64,000 bases of DNA from Promethearchaeota archaeon (GTDB lineage: Archaea > Asgardarchaeota > Lokiarchaeia > Sigyniarchaeales > SOKP01): contig JBHLMQ010000001.1 in the NCBI GenBank assembly GCA_048938005.1, positions 64,001 to 128,000 on the forward strand, in the 5' to 3' direction. A model generated the notes under the pieces. It was not told the DNA's origin, did no database searches, and was given only the letters and a program-made list of their open reading frames with translations. The position numbers were made by a program, and so were the translations under genes. This document shows, piece after piece, positions 10,803 through 19,811 of this stretch; the stretch's first letter is position 1; each line of letters opens with the position of its first letter.

Positions 10803-11198
10803 ATGAGAGAAATGGGTAAAAATAAGAACTTCGCTTACTGTAATAAATGTGAGAAAGAAATTTTCAAACCAAAAAGAAAATCCATAGAAAGCATTTATTA
10901 TAATGTCTGGATTTTTGCTATTATTTCTTCATTAGGATTCGCAATTGTTCCCTTTCTAATTTATCGCTATGTTATTTTGAAAAAAAATATTTGCCCGTAT
11001 TGTCAAAATCAATTAGATTTTTATAGATCACGTGAAGAAATTCCAGAACCAAAGGCACAAATTGCCCGAATACTTCAAACAATAGAACATGAGAAAAGAA
11101 ATAAAGAAGAAGACAAGGTATACTGTCCATACTGCCAACAAGAAATAAATAGACGAGAAGATATTTGCTCAAATTGTGGAGCTTCTCTTAAAGAATAA
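10803..11198 (+). CDS. Double Zn-ribbon membrane protein (LITAF-like domain plus C-terminal Zn ribbon), copy 1
   Basis: CNKC - hydrophobic hairpin - CPYC, then CPYC...CSNCG. Confidence 0.7.
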   Translation: MREMGKNKNFAYCNKCEKEIFKPKRKSIESIYYNVWIFAIISSLGFAIVPFLIYRYVILKKNICPYCQNQLDFYRSREEIPEPKAQIARILQTIEHEKRNKEEDKVYCPYCQQEINRREDICSNCGASLKE

Positions 11199-11262
11199 AA
11201 ATATATAAGGATATGAATATTTACTATTATGCAATTTAACTGTTTAAATATAAAATTACCTT

Positions 11263-11646
11263 ATGAATAATAAGATGACAACTAAAAACCCAAGTGGATA
11301 TTGCCCCCGTTGCCAGCAGAATGTATTATTAACTCGTGAAGAGATTGATACGTGTCTTGCTATAGTATTATTGATTTTTACTGCAGGAATTGGCTTAATA
11401 ATTTACCTCGCTATATACTATAGTAAACCTGAAGAATACTGCATTCATTGTCGTACTAAAGTCACAGCCTTTCAAACTCCTACTCCCTATACATATCAAC
11501 CTCAAACTCAACAGCCATCGTATACTACGCCTGTAAACATATCCGAGGAAATTACAGGAGGCAGACCTAATTTTTGCGCTCTATGTGGAGAGAGGTTAGA
11601 AGTTGGAGCAAGATTTTGTCCGAACTGTGGAAGTCAAATAACATAA
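11263..11646 (+). CDS. Double Zn-ribbon membrane protein (LITAF-like), copy 2
   Basis: CPRC - AIVLLIFTAGIGLIIY - CIHC, P/Q/T/Y-rich linker, CALCG...FCPNCG. Confidence 0.75.
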   Translation: MNNKMTTKNPSGYCPRCQQNVLLTREEIDTCLAIVLLIFTAGIGLIIYLAIYYSKPEEYCIHCRTKVTAFQTPTPYTYQPQTQQPSYTTPVNISEEITGGRPNFCALCGERLEVGARFCPNCGSQIT

Positions 11647-11765
11647 TATTGATTTTTTTTTGAATTTATTTTTTTTGTAGAGCTATTACTCCTATTCAAA
11701 TTTAAAAATTGGACTCCAAATTTTTTTAATTCTTTTAAAATCTCATATTAATTAAATAAAATAAA

Positions 11766-12155
11766 ATGATTTGGAGTGATAAAAAGATGTTTTGTCCAAA
11801 ATGTAATATGAATGTATACACAAAAAAGAATGATTTCAATATTGGTTTAGCGATTATTTTAGCTATATTCACTGGTGGTATAGGGCTACTAATTTATGTT
11901 GCTATTTATTTAGACAGGGAGCATAAACCCCGCTGTATTCATTGCGATTCTATCTGTTATGATAACAAAGAAAATAATCGACCAATTTCAAATTATCAGG
12001 TAATAAGTAGTTCCAATCAAGTACAGAGTCAGAAGCTAATTATAGAATCACAAGAAGCTGGGGAACACGCAAAATATTGTTATAATTGTGGATCTGAGCT
12101 AGATCAAAGCGCTAATGCTAAATTTTGTGCATTTTGTGGAAGTGCAACACAGTAA
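11766..12155 (+). CDS. Double Zn-ribbon membrane protein (LITAF-like), copy 3
   Basis: CPKC - AIILAIFTGGIGLLIY - CIHC, then CYNCG...FCAFCG; clear paralog of copy 2. Confidence 0.75.
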   Translation: MIWSDKKMFCPKCNMNVYTKKNDFNIGLAIILAIFTGGIGLLIYVAIYLDREHKPRCIHCDSICYDNKENNRPISNYQVISSSNQVQSQKLIIESQEAGEHAKYCYNCGSELDQSANAKFCAFCGSATQ

Positions 12156-12167
12156 TTTTTTTTGTAT

Positions 12168-13076
12168 TTATTCTTTTTTTTCCTTTAAAATCTTCATAAA
12201 TTCATAGAAATATTTGTATGAGTAATTGAAATGATAGTCTTCCTTAGAATATTCTAATGCTTCAGTAAAAAGATGTTTAAAACCTTTTAAGTCTTTCTTC
12301 TTGATTATAATTTTATATTCTTCAATTAAATTTTCGAGTAAGTCTAAAATTTTATGAAATTTATCATTTTTTATTTGGATTTCGCCGAACATTTCCATTT
12401 CTCTCTGAATAATGCTTTCAGCAAAAACTTTTTGTAATAGGAAAGTTGTACCTGTATATCGTGTCAATTCAGAGAGAGATTCATTCGTTCTTTTTAATAA
12501 ATTTAAAAATAAGATATTAAACATATGCGGTACTCCTAAGGTTAAAGCAATCCTTGAATCATGAATGTCAGGTATAGTTTCTGTTATAATAAATCCATCT
12601 GATCTAAATAAATCTAAGAATTTATTTATAATTTCATTATATTGTTCCGTTCCATCGATTTTTAATACAAGTATAACATAGTTTTTCATAGTTTTGATCC
12701 CTGGTCCAAACATTGGGTGAATCGATAAACAATTAATAGGATATTTTTCTTGAACTTCTCTTAATATTGTATAAATTTCTTGTTTTAGAGAAGTTATATC
12801 AAAAAGTAAGGAATCCTTTTTCATCAAGGGTGCAATTCTTTGAATCATTTCTGATGTAGAATTGATAGGAACTGAAATCATTACAATATCTGCATTTTCA
12901 ACACTCTTTTTGAGATCTAACTCATAATTGACTCCTAAGTTTTTAGCTACAATTTTTAGTTTAATTTCATTTCGAGCCAATAAAGTAACATTAAATCCAT
13001 GCCGCTTGAAATATTTTCCAAAAACTTGACCCATGCCACCAGAGCCACCAATGATGGTTATATTTTTACCTAGCAT
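12168..13076 (-). CDS. tyrA: Prephenate/arogenate dehydrogenase
   Basis: IIGGSGGMG, DITSLK, SIHPMFGP, HD...LGVPH. Confidence 0.9.
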   Translation of the reverse strand: MLGKNITIIGGSGGMGQVFGKYFKRHGFNVTLLARNEIKLKIVAKNLGVNYELDLKKSVENADIVMISVPINSTSEMIQRIAPLMKKDSLLFDITSLKQEIYTILREVQEKYPINCLSIHPMFGPGIKTMKNYVILVLKIDGTEQYNEIINKFLDLFRSDGFIITETIPDIHDSRIALTLGVPHMFNILFLNLLKRTNESLSELTRYTGTTFLLQKVFAESIIQREMEMFGEIQIKNDKFHKILDLLENLIEEYKIIIKKKDLKGFKHLFTEALEYSKEDYHFNYSYKYFYEFMKILKEKKE

Positions 13077-13954
13077 TATTTTATCCCAAGAAATTCAATA
13101 ATTTTATTTTTCATTAAATTAACGTTTGGTTTTTTATTAGTCCACCACTCAAACGCTAAGGCACCTTGATTAACTAACATATCTAATCCTCCAATCGTTT
13201 TACAGCCTTTTTCAGTAGCATTTTTTATTAATTTAGTTTCTATAGGGTTATAGACTATATCGTAAACAATTAAGTCATCATGTAAAAATTCAGCAGATAT
13301 GGGTGATAATTGAATATTTGGATACATTCCAATAGGAGTTGCATTAATCAGAATATCAGCTTTTTTAGATTCCCTTTTTAAAACACTAGTACTATTATAT
13401 TTTCCTTCAATATTAGTGTTAAAATATTTTTTTAATTCATTTGCTATTTTAATCGCTCTTTTTTCAGTTCTATTTACGATAACTATCTTATTAGCCTCTT
13501 TAGCCATAATATAAGCTATAGCTCTTGCTGCACCGCCAGCGCCTAATAACAAAACATTTTTTCCAGAAATCGAATACCCTGAATTTAAAAATGCCTTCAT
13601 AGCGCCTTCCGCATCGGTATTTCTACCTATTAAATAATCCTCATTATTTTTAATTGCATTCACCGCCCCTATTTTTTGTGCCATAGGCTCAATTTCATCT
13701 AAAAATTTCATAATTTTTTGCTTAAAGGGAATCGTCACATTAATTCCCAAGATATTAAATGCTCTAAATCCTTTCACCGCATGGCTCAAATTATTGGGAT
13801 GGATATTGAATGCTAAATAAATAAATTCAAGCTTTAGCTCACGTATAGCAGCGTTATGCATTATTGGACTTAGCGAATGCTCAATTGGATGCCCTATAAC
13901 GCAAAGGATTTTTATCCGCTCAGTAATGAAATTATTATCTAACATCTTAAACAT
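13076..13954 (-). CDS. aroE: Shikimate dehydrogenase
   Basis: GHPIEHSLSP, NVTIPFK, GAVN, NTD, GAGGAARA, DIVYNP, GLDMLVNQG. Confidence 0.95.
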   Translation of the reverse strand: MFKMLDNNFITERIKILCVIGHPIEHSLSPIMHNAAIRELKLEFIYLAFNIHPNNLSHAVKGFRAFNILGINVTIPFKQKIMKFLDEIEPMAQKIGAVNAIKNNEDYLIGRNTDAEGAMKAFLNSGYSISGKNVLLLGAGGAARAIAYIMAKEANKIVIVNRTEKRAIKIANELKKYFNTNIEGKYNSTSVLKRESKKADILINATPIGMYPNIQLSPISAEFLHDDLIVYDIVYNPIETKLIKNATEKGCKTIGGLDMLVNQGALAFEWWTNKKPNVNLMKNKIIEFLGIK

Positions 13955-13968
13955 TAATACTGATTATA

Positions 13969-14589
13969 TCAACCTATTATTTCATCATTGAAATGACTCT
14001 CAAATTCTTTTGATCGTACTATTGTGGCTTGTCTATATCTTTCAAAGCGATTTTCCCATTTAGCATCTACATTAAATGCAACCTTTGCAAAATTAATTGA
14101 TTTAATAGCTTTAGCCAATGGCTCTTGATCTTTTGGACGATATATTTTAATAGGATCTCCAATAGCAATGTTGTTTGGAGGGATAAAAAGATTAGCGGGA
14201 ACAACTGTATTTGCATGAATAAAAGCTCCAACAGCCACTGCAGCGCCAGATTGAACAACAGCACCTTGTAAAATAGTGGCACCTGTTGCTATATATGAAT
14301 TAGACTCAATTTCACACCCAATAAGTGTTGATTGAGGTGAGATAAAGACATGATCTCCAATTATTACTGGATACTCGCGATTTCCTGATGATGTAGCTCT
14401 AAGAACAGCATTTTCACATATTATGGAGTATTCCCCGATTTCGATTTTAGATCCCTCCGAATCAAGAACAGCTCCATACATTATCCGTGAATCTTTTCCA
14501 ATTGAAACTTTCCCGATAATAGTTGCTGTTGGTGCAATAAATACTGAGGAATCAAATATAGGTTTAAATCCTCTATGTTTTATTATCAT
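13969..14589 (-). CDS. Gamma carbonic anhydrase-like/hexapeptide-repeat protein
   Basis: FIAPTATIIGKVSIG and left-handed beta-helix hexapeptide repeats; the usual Zn-ligating His residues are not evident. Confidence 0.8.
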   Translation of the reverse strand: MIIKHRGFKPIFDSSVFIAPTATIIGKVSIGKDSRIMYGAVLDSEGSKIEIGEYSIICENAVLRATSSGNREYPVIIGDHVFISPQSTLIGCEIESNSYIATGATILQGAVVQSGAAVAVGAFIHANTVVPANLFIPPNNIAIGDPIKIYRPKDQEPLAKAIKSINFAKVAFNVDAKWENRFERYRQATIVRSKEFESHFNDEIIG

Positions 14590-14880
14590 CCTTTTTCACC
14601 TAATATTGTTTATAAAATTTTTGATTACAGATCAATTCTACATAATTTAATTTTTGTACATGAAAAAATGAGATTATTTAATTAAATGCTATTTAATATG
14701 TTTAAGATTAATAGGAATTTAAAATTATATCACTAAAATAGGAAAAATTAGATTTATTATGGGAAAATGGGAAAAAAAAAGTTACATTAGAAAAGTATGG
14801 ATTTTCAAAAGAGTTGTTTCTTTCTTACCTTATAAAAATTATTAAAAATGCAATTAATAAAATATTCAATGTAATTCATT

Positions 14881-15411
14881 ATGACTAAAAATTCCATTGC
14901 TCTTATTGGTTTTATGGCTACTGGAAAAACATTAATAGGAAAAGCATTAGTAGAGTACCTTGGTAGTGATTACACATTTATAGAAACAGATCAACTTATA
15001 GTTCAAGAAGTTGGTAAGCCTATTCCTAGAATTTTTGCTGAAGAGGGAGAAAGCAAATTTAGAGAGTATGAGATTTCTGTGTGTGAGAAAGCCTCTAAAT
15101 TAAATAAAGTTGTTATTTCATGTGGGGGTGGAGTAGTTTTGAATAAGGTCAATATTGAAAATTTAAAAAAAAATTGTCATATTGTCTTATTAAAAGCAAC
15201 TCTAGAGGAAATTTATAAGAGAGCTATAAAAAACGGAAAAGAAACTAGACCTGTTATTGATAAAGAAGATCCAAAAAGAGAAATTGAAGAGGCTCTAAAT
15301 TTTCGGAGATCTTATTATGATGCAGCAGCGGAGATCGTTATTGATACAACAAATAAAAAAATTCAGAATATTGTTAGAGAGATTGCTATAAAAACCCTTT
15401 TAAAAACCTAA
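14881..15411 (+). CDS. aroK: Shikimate kinase, bacterial AroK (NMP-kinase fold) type
   Basis: LIGFMATGKT, IFAEEGESKFR, ISCGGG, TRP. Confidence 0.93.
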   Translation: MTKNSIALIGFMATGKTLIGKALVEYLGSDYTFIETDQLIVQEVGKPIPRIFAEEGESKFREYEISVCEKASKLNKVVISCGGGVVLNKVNIENLKKNCHIVLLKATLEEIYKRAIKNGKETRPVIDKEDPKREIEEALNFRRSYYDAAAEIVIDTTNKKIQNIVREIAIKTLLKT

Positions 15412-15470
15412 ATTTAAATTTATCCACTCTACTAAATATTTAAAATATATTATAAAAGGGTAAAGCTATC

Positions 15471-15670
15471 ATGACAGAATATAAAAGAGTAAAATGCCCT
15501 CAATGTGGCAATGATAATCCACGTAAACTTCATGAAGAACCAGATAGGAATAAGGTGCTTTACTACAGTATAGGTAAAGCTATTTCAGCTTACCGCTGAG
15601 GCAGGGCACTCCGGTTTATGCAAAAAACATTAAGTGTGGAGATTGCGGTAATTATTTCAAAAAAAATTAA
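15471..15670 (+). CDS. Small Zn-ribbon protein split by a candidate 29-nt BHB/BHL intron (exons 15471-15571 and 15601-15670; 56 aa spliced)
   Basis: Spliced product MTEYKRVKCPQCGNDNPRKLHEEPDRNKVLYYSMQGTPVYAKNIKCGDCGNYFKKN has paired CxxCG knuckles; the unspliced frame stops at TGA 15597; absent from the ORF track. Confidence 0.8.
15572..15600 (+). other. Candidate archaeal endonuclease-type (bulge-helix-bulge/loop) mRNA intron
   Basis: Central helix CAGU(15566-69)/GCUG(15595-98); 3-nt bulges AU^A and AG^G; intron hairpin GGU-A-AAGCU/AGCUU-ACC; exon stem GUGCUUU(15555-61)/AGGGCAC(15603-09). Confidence 0.75.
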
Positions 15671-15709
15671 TTTATAATTATTTTTTTCTTATTTTTTTAA
15701 TTTTAGTTT

Positions 15710-16915
15710 TCACATTAATGATAAAACAATTTTATTTTGTGCCTTTAGCATATCTCCCATGATAAGTTCCATAGCTTCTTTAATATCTGGATTATTCTCA
15801 GAGATACTACGCTTAGCATTGACACTTGCCATTAATACTTCATTTAATCCACGTAATATCATATCAGGAGAATACCAAGGGCGTTGTGAAGCCCACCATT
15901 GCTGGCAGCTATGAATTCCCCGATCTAACAAATTCCTTGCATTATCGAATATCTTTTTCTTTTCATCATTCATACCATCCCGATATTTAGCTGCTAAATG
16001 AATTAAAGTAAGAGCATACATGAAAAATCTATGTTGTTCGATATGAATTTCATTAGTAGGGTCGAACCAGAGAGGAAAGGGTACATCCTGGATAATATCA
16101 TATGGCATTGTCGACCAACTGGAATCCCGTGGGACTTGAGTGAACCCTTTAGGAAATTTATCGACTATTTCTGAAATTGTACATATTTTCACATCATTTC
16201 GATGTGGTAGTACGCCAAATAACGGTATGAGAAAATTTTTAATTGCATGTTTTACATGGTGCCCAAATGTTTCACCATCCATTGCAAGTATTACATAATA
16301 ATCCTCAGAGGTGTTCTTATAATATAAACGTTTAATAAACGCATCAACGTTGTTAATCTTATCGAAAGCACAATCAATTGAGGTATAATCGTCCCTAAAT
16401 AGTAATTTTAATCCATTTGGATGGATTGATATATTATTCGTAGGAAACTCTGGTAAAGTATTGGCAATACCACTCATAATCATCCAATCAAATCCCGCCT
16501 TTTTAACAATTTTAAATACTTCTACAGAAACCGCCATTTCTGGGGGGAAAAATCCACGAGGCTTAAAAAGTTCCCCAAAAAAATGCCGATTAGTCTCATT
16601 ATTTAACTCTATTTGACGCGTAATTTCAGGTTCCGGAATTAAAGGAAGTAAAGGATGAAATTTACCTGAACCTGTAAATTCAATTTGCCCTCTAGAAGCT
16701 AGAGTAGTAATAGTCCCTATTAGATCATCATATCCAAAATCATGTAATTGTTCAGTTAAGGTTCCATTAATGTTTAGTGTTATTTTTACCTCTGGATGAT
16801 CTGTCAAGGCATTAAAAATAGGTCTATAGGATTCATTAACGATTTGTTTAATTACAGCCGGGATTTGAACTGGAGGTTGATAAATATGAAATAAAAAGGT
16901 AAAATAAACTACCAT
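15710..16915 (-). CDS. Glycoside hydrolase family 57 protein
   Basis: FHIYQP, HPLLPLIP, GFFPPEMA, MDGETFGHH, SSWS, SCQQWW. Confidence 0.92.
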   Translation of the reverse strand: MVVYFTFLFHIYQPPVQIPAVIKQIVNESYRPIFNALTDHPEVKITLNINGTLTEQLHDFGYDDLIGTITTLASRGQIEFTGSGKFHPLLPLIPEPEITRQIELNNETNRHFFGELFKPRGFFPPEMAVSVEVFKIVKKAGFDWMIMSGIANTLPEFPTNNISIHPNGLKLLFRDDYTSIDCAFDKINNVDAFIKRLYYKNTSEDYYVILAMDGETFGHHVKHAIKNFLIPLFGVLPHRNDVKICTISEIVDKFPKGFTQVPRDSSWSTMPYDIIQDVPFPLWFDPTNEIHIEQHRFFMYALTLIHLAAKYRDGMNDEKKKIFDNARNLLDRGIHSCQQWWASQRPWYSPDMILRGLNEVLMASVNAKRSISENNPDIKEAMELIMGDMLKAQNKIVLSLM

Positions 16916-16980
16916 ACTATATATTAAAAAATATATTATTTTTAATCTTCATAGTTTTTTTTTTAAAGGTTATAATTAAT

Positions 16981-17733
16981 TTAAAGATTATTCAGTATTA
17001 AATCATAAATTTCTCTCATTTTTTGGATTTCTATTTGTCCTGATGCTGTTTTTTCCTCAAGGGACGCATATGTAAAAAAGGATCCAGCAATGACACATGT
17101 AATTCTAGAGAAAACACCTAATGTTCCCATACAGAATGAGATAATTTTTTGATTTGAATTTGAGAATTCCTTACACAATTTTAATGGTATTATATTATCC
17201 TCGAAGTTTTGAGCTGTAAAAATAATTTTATAGATATTATCTTTAAGGTTTTTTGGCTCTAAAGATAATTCTTGGTTCAATTTTTTATTAAAATTCTGAA
17301 CCAGATGGATTCCCTCTTCATATGTTAGTGTTTTTTCAAAATTGTGATATGAATAAATTAATTTTACCCCTTTTTGAGACGTTAGATTAAGAATTTCACT
17401 TAAGATGTTTTTATCACTCCTTATTTCTATATCAAGATAATCAGGTTTAGATTCTATAAACATTTTTAAAATTTTTAAGCGATAGTCTTGTTCTATTTCG
17501 ATTTGACCACCTTCTAATGGATCTCTAAAAGTAAAGATAACAGCAGCATGAGGATGAATAATATTCAATAAATCTTTTACGAAATCTATGGTAATAGTTT
17601 TAATATCAGAAATATAATCGAATCTCAATTCAATTAGATTAGGTTCTTCTTTTATTACCTTATTAATTATTGGTTTAACTTCTTTTATCCTTGTATATCT
17701 AATAGGAATCGGAATACAGAGATTATATTTCAT
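16981..17733 (-). CDS. aroD: Type I 3-dehydroquinate dehydratase
   Basis: IELRFDY, IFTFRDPLEGG, SYHNFEKT, FCMG...SRI, TASGQI. Confidence 0.92.
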   Translation of the reverse strand: MKYNLCIPIPIRYTRIKEVKPIINKVIKEEPNLIELRFDYISDIKTITIDFVKDLLNIIHPHAAVIFTFRDPLEGGQIEIEQDYRLKILKMFIESKPDYLDIEIRSDKNILSEILNLTSQKGVKLIYSYHNFEKTLTYEEGIHLVQNFNKKLNQELSLEPKNLKDNIYKIIFTAQNFEDNIIPLKLCKEFSNSNQKIISFCMGTLGVFSRITCVIAGSFFTYASLEEKTASGQIEIQKMREIYDLILNNL

Positions 17734-17761
17734 AATTTAAAATGAAAATTAAAGAGATATT

Positions 17762-18406
17762 TTATATTTCGATAATTTTTTTTATATCGTCCTCGGTGTA
17801 ATTTAAAGTATCTGTAGCATCAACTTTTTTCAGTTTTCCTCTTTTCTTATAATATTTAATTAGAGGTTTAGCATTTTTTTCGTAAGCATCTAACCTATTT
17901 TTTAATGTTTCTTCATTATCATCGCTTCTTTGCTCAAAACTAATTTCAGCACCACATTTATCACAAATTCCCTCAACTTTTGGCGGAAGTGTAAATTTAT
18001 TATAAATCTCCCCACAGTTTTTACAGCCGTATCTGCCCAAAATTCTTTTAAATATAATATCTCTGGAAACTTGTAATAATAAAAGCAGATCTATTTCAGT
18101 TATATTTGATAATGCTTCTGCTTGAGGTAAAGTTCTCGGAAATCCATCAAGAATGAAGCCACCTCTCTGAACATCTTCTTTATTTAATCTATCTCTAACC
18201 ATTTCAATAGTAACATCATCAGGTACTAATTCACCCTTATCCATATAACTTTTAGCTTTTAATCCTAAAGGTGTTTCATTTTTTAAGTTTTCCCGAAAAA
18301 TATCTCCAGTACTTACATGAACGATTTCAGATAAAACTTTTTTTATCTGCCCCGAAAAAGTACCTTTTCCAGCTCCTGGTGGTCCAAATAATATTAATTT
18401 TTTCAT
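17762..18406 (-). CDS. adk: Adenylate kinase, bacterial/eukaryotic type with Zn lid
   Basis: LFGPPGAGKGT, STGDIFR, LDGFPRT, CKNC...CDKC, RSDDNEE; start moved to the ATG of MKKLILF. Confidence 0.95.
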   Translation of the reverse strand: MKKLILFGPPGAGKGTFSGQIKKVLSEIVHVSTGDIFRENLKNETPLGLKAKSYMDKGELVPDDVTIEMVRDRLNKEDVQRGGFILDGFPRTLPQAEALSNITEIDLLLLLQVSRDIIFKRILGRYGCKNCGEIYNKFTLPPKVEGICDKCGAEISFEQRSDDNEETLKNRLDAYEKNAKPLIKYYKKRGKLKKVDATDTLNYTEDDIKKIIEI

Positions 18407-18492
18407 TTTTATAAGCACTTTTAATTTTAATTCGTAGATAATTAAATTAGACATTAATTAAATTTATTTTGCTTAAATATATAGAAAAAAGT

Positions 18493-19080
18493 TCATCCAG
18501 TAAAATAAGAATATTCGATTTTTTTAATCAAGTATTGTACAATTCTTTTTTCTCTTAAGCTAAATAGAGGGGCGAAATCACTTTTTATTGAAGATCCATA
18601 ATAAGAATTTCCAAAAAAAGTATTTGATTTTTTAATTGCCTTTAATAATGGATTTTTATTCCCTATATGAAAATAAATCGAAATATCGTTAATAATTAAT
18701 ATTTTTGTTGGATTATCGTTAAAAAATTTTAATATTTTAAAAGTTTTTTTATAATTTTTACATGCATTTTCATAAAGTTCTCTTTTATTCCTTGCATTAA
18801 GGCGGGGTGGGATAATATCTCCTTCAAAATATATGTTCTTACAAATAACACTATTTTCGTAGAAGTCCTTGATTCTACCTCCAATTTTGATATTTTTAAT
18901 AAAATTTAGCGGTGGAGCAAAATCTAATACACTGATTTGTTTTTGATCAAAATGTTTTGATTCTATGAGAAACTGAATAAATTTTGCAGTATAATAAGTT
19001 TTTTTTGTATTAGTTTCTCCATATAGAAAAGTATAATGTCCAATGCAACTTTCAAAATTTAAAGATGGATTATACCTCAT
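18493..19080 (-). CDS. Conserved hypothetical protein with degenerate P-loop
   Basis: TFLYGETNTKKT (Walker A-like) and ILIIND (Walker B-like). Confidence 0.55.
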   Translation of the reverse strand: MRYNPSLNFESCIGHYTFLYGETNTKKTYYTAKFIQFLIESKHFDQKQISVLDFAPPLNFIKNIKIGGRIKDFYENSVICKNIYFEGDIIPPRLNARNKRELYENACKNYKKTFKILKFFNDNPTKILIINDISIYFHIGNKNPLLKAIKKSNTFFGNSYYGSSIKSDFAPLFSLREKRIVQYLIKKIEYSYFTG

Positions 19081-19105
19081 AAAATTGTATCATTAAATAT
19101 TGAAT

Positions 19106-19681
19106 TTAGAAAAAATCCTCCCAAGTTATTTTTGCTTGTTTTAAGATCATTAACATTATAAATCCCATAATAGATCCAGGAATACAACTTAACGCAAATA
19201 AACCCCAAAATGTATAAAGGCTTTCAATGGCAAAAATATTTCCTGAAATTAAATGTGCGATAGTTCCCCCTAAAAAAATCGTTCCCAATGGTTCTGTAAA
19301 AGCAGCTAATTCCACATATTTTGGATATTTTTTCCGTAAAAAATAAGAAACCATTCCAACAACAAAAGCTCCAGTTATTCCTCCATGAAATGCATGAATT
19401 GTACCAATTGAAAATGAAAATCTAAGGATGGCAATATCTAATGCTACTATAATAGCAAAATCTAAACCTATCAAAACACCCGTTATAGCATTAATAAAAT
19501 GAGCAAAGGGGTTGATCTTTGTCCCAAATATTAAAAAATATCCAAAGGGATTTAGATAACTTAATACTAATCCAATTGCTATAAAAATACCAGAAGCAGC
19601 TACTTTTTTAGTTAGAGTATTTTGGAAAAACCGTTTTTGTTTAGTTTTTACTTCCATCTGGTCAGAAATTTCCTCGTTCAT
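19106..19681 (-). CDS. thiW: ECF transporter S component, ThiW family
   Basis: PFAHFINAITGVLIG, GTIHAFHGGITGA, EPLGTIFLG. Confidence 0.85.
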   Translation of the reverse strand: MNEEISDQMEVKTKQKRFFQNTLTKKVAASGIFIAIGLVLSYLNPFGYFLIFGTKINPFAHFINAITGVLIGLDFAIIVALDIAILRFSFSIGTIHAFHGGITGAFVVGMVSYFLRKKYPKYVELAAFTEPLGTIFLGGTIAHLISGNIFAIESLYTFWGLFALSCIPGSIMGFIMLMILKQAKITWEDFF

Positions 19682-19811
19682 TTTTTAATCTGATTTGTTA
19701 AAGTAATTTTTCTTGTTAAATTTGAATAATCTACAAAGTTCTTTAAAATTTAATCATTTTTTGAATTAATCAAAATGTTTATCATAGTATTAATTAAGAA
19801 GTTATAAAGCT

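Noticed and set aside
15597-15599. In-frame TGA in the Zn-ribbon gene read as selenocysteine (the genome has Sec machinery)
   Set aside because: Readthrough continues as GRALRFMQKTL..., which lacks the second CxxC; that knuckle is in another frame. No SECIS-like hairpin is visible in the short T-rich 3' region.
15574-15604. Spliceosomal-like G|GTAAAG...AG boundaries in the same insert
   Set aside because: GT-AG excisions of 15, 27 or 31 nt do not restore the reading frame; only the 29-nt BHB-defined excision does. Archaea have no spliceosome.
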